Shown: positions 63,293 through 64,000 of the stretch, in pieces
Position numbering within the stretch: position 1 is the stretch's first letter
Layout: each line of letters begins with the position of its first letter
Source of the DNA: Mobula hypostoma
Lineage: Eukaryota
Assembly: GCF_963921235.1 (NCBI RefSeq)
Contig: NC_086097.1
Location: 208,074,001 to 208,138,000, forward strand
Reading direction: 5' to 3'
DNA: 64,000 nt
The notes under the pieces: generated by a model
Seen by the model: the letters and a program-made list of their open reading frames with translations, nothing else
Told to the model about the DNA's origin: nothing
Database searches by the model: none
Program-made: the position numbers and the translations under genes

Positions 63293-64000
63293 GAATCAGA
63301 ATCAGAATCAGAATCAGATATATTATCACCGGCATGTGACGTGAAATTTGTTAACTTAGCAGCAGCAGTTCAATGCAATACATAAGCCAGTAGAGAGAAA
63401 AAATAATAACAATAATAAGTAAAATAAAACATAATAATAAATAAACAATTAAATCAATTATGTATATTGAATAGGTTTTTTTTAAATGTGCAAAAACAGA
63501 AATACTATATATCGGAAAAAGTGAGGTAGTGTCCAAAGCTTCAATGTCCATTTAGGAATCAGATGGCAGAGGGGAAGAAGCTGTTCATGAATCGCTGAGC
63601 GTGTGCCTTCAGGCTTCTGTATCTCCTACCTGATGGTAACAGTGAGAAAAGGGCATGCCCTGGGTGCTGGAGGTCCTTAATGATGGACGCTGCCTTTCTA
63701 AGACACTGCTCCCTAAAGATGTCCTGGGTACTTTGTTGGCTAGGGCCCAAGATGGAGCTGACCAGATTTACAACCTTCTGCAGCTTCTTTTGGTCCTGTG
63801 CAGTAACCCCTCCATTCCAGCGAGTGATGCAGCCTGTCAGAATGCTTTCCATGGTACAACTATAGAAGTTTTTGAGTGTATTTGTTGACATGCCAAATCT
63901 CTTCAAACTCCTAATAAAGTACAGCCGCTGTCTTGCCTTCTTTATAACTACATCAATATGTTGGGAACAGGTTAGATCCCCAGAGATATTATCACAGCTA
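63293..64000 (-). mobile_element. Young Rex1/Babar LINE 3' end, continuing off the window
   Basis: (gaatca)n tail; ORF 63559..63906 ...HPGHALFSLLPSGRRYRSL; closely matches 27256-27867. Confidence 0.93.

Overview
Eukaryotic (vertebrate) genomic DNA dominated by transposable elements, with no host gene I can recognise. The repeat spectrum (CR1 LINEs with an SGNH-esterase ORF1, Rex1/Babar LINEs, V-domain tRNA SINEs of the HE1 type, Penelope pLTR remnants, Tc1/mariner MITEs) points by inference to a cartilaginous fish, probably a ray. Main elements: a near full-length CR1 (about 29410-33440); several other CR1 and Rex1 copies on both strands; a complete Ty3/Gypsy provirus (35532-40044, minus strand) with short LTRs, tRNA-Leu PBS, PPT and GGATT target duplication; an internally deleted Gypsy (about 15216-17198); a probable solo LTR; several DNA-transposon MITEs; and a 30-bp minisatellite. 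The most interesting signals are: the Gypsy provirus looks recombinant (divergent LTRs plus a microhomology-bounded templated insert in RNase H); decayed hammerhead-ribozyme motifs sit in Penelope-like mini-elements; three unrelated Tc1/mariner derivatives share a doubled-TIR architecture; a MITE has a 6-bp TSD; and there are multi-level nested insertions. All family calls come from motif recognition by eye, without database searches, and boundaries of degenerate copies are approximate.
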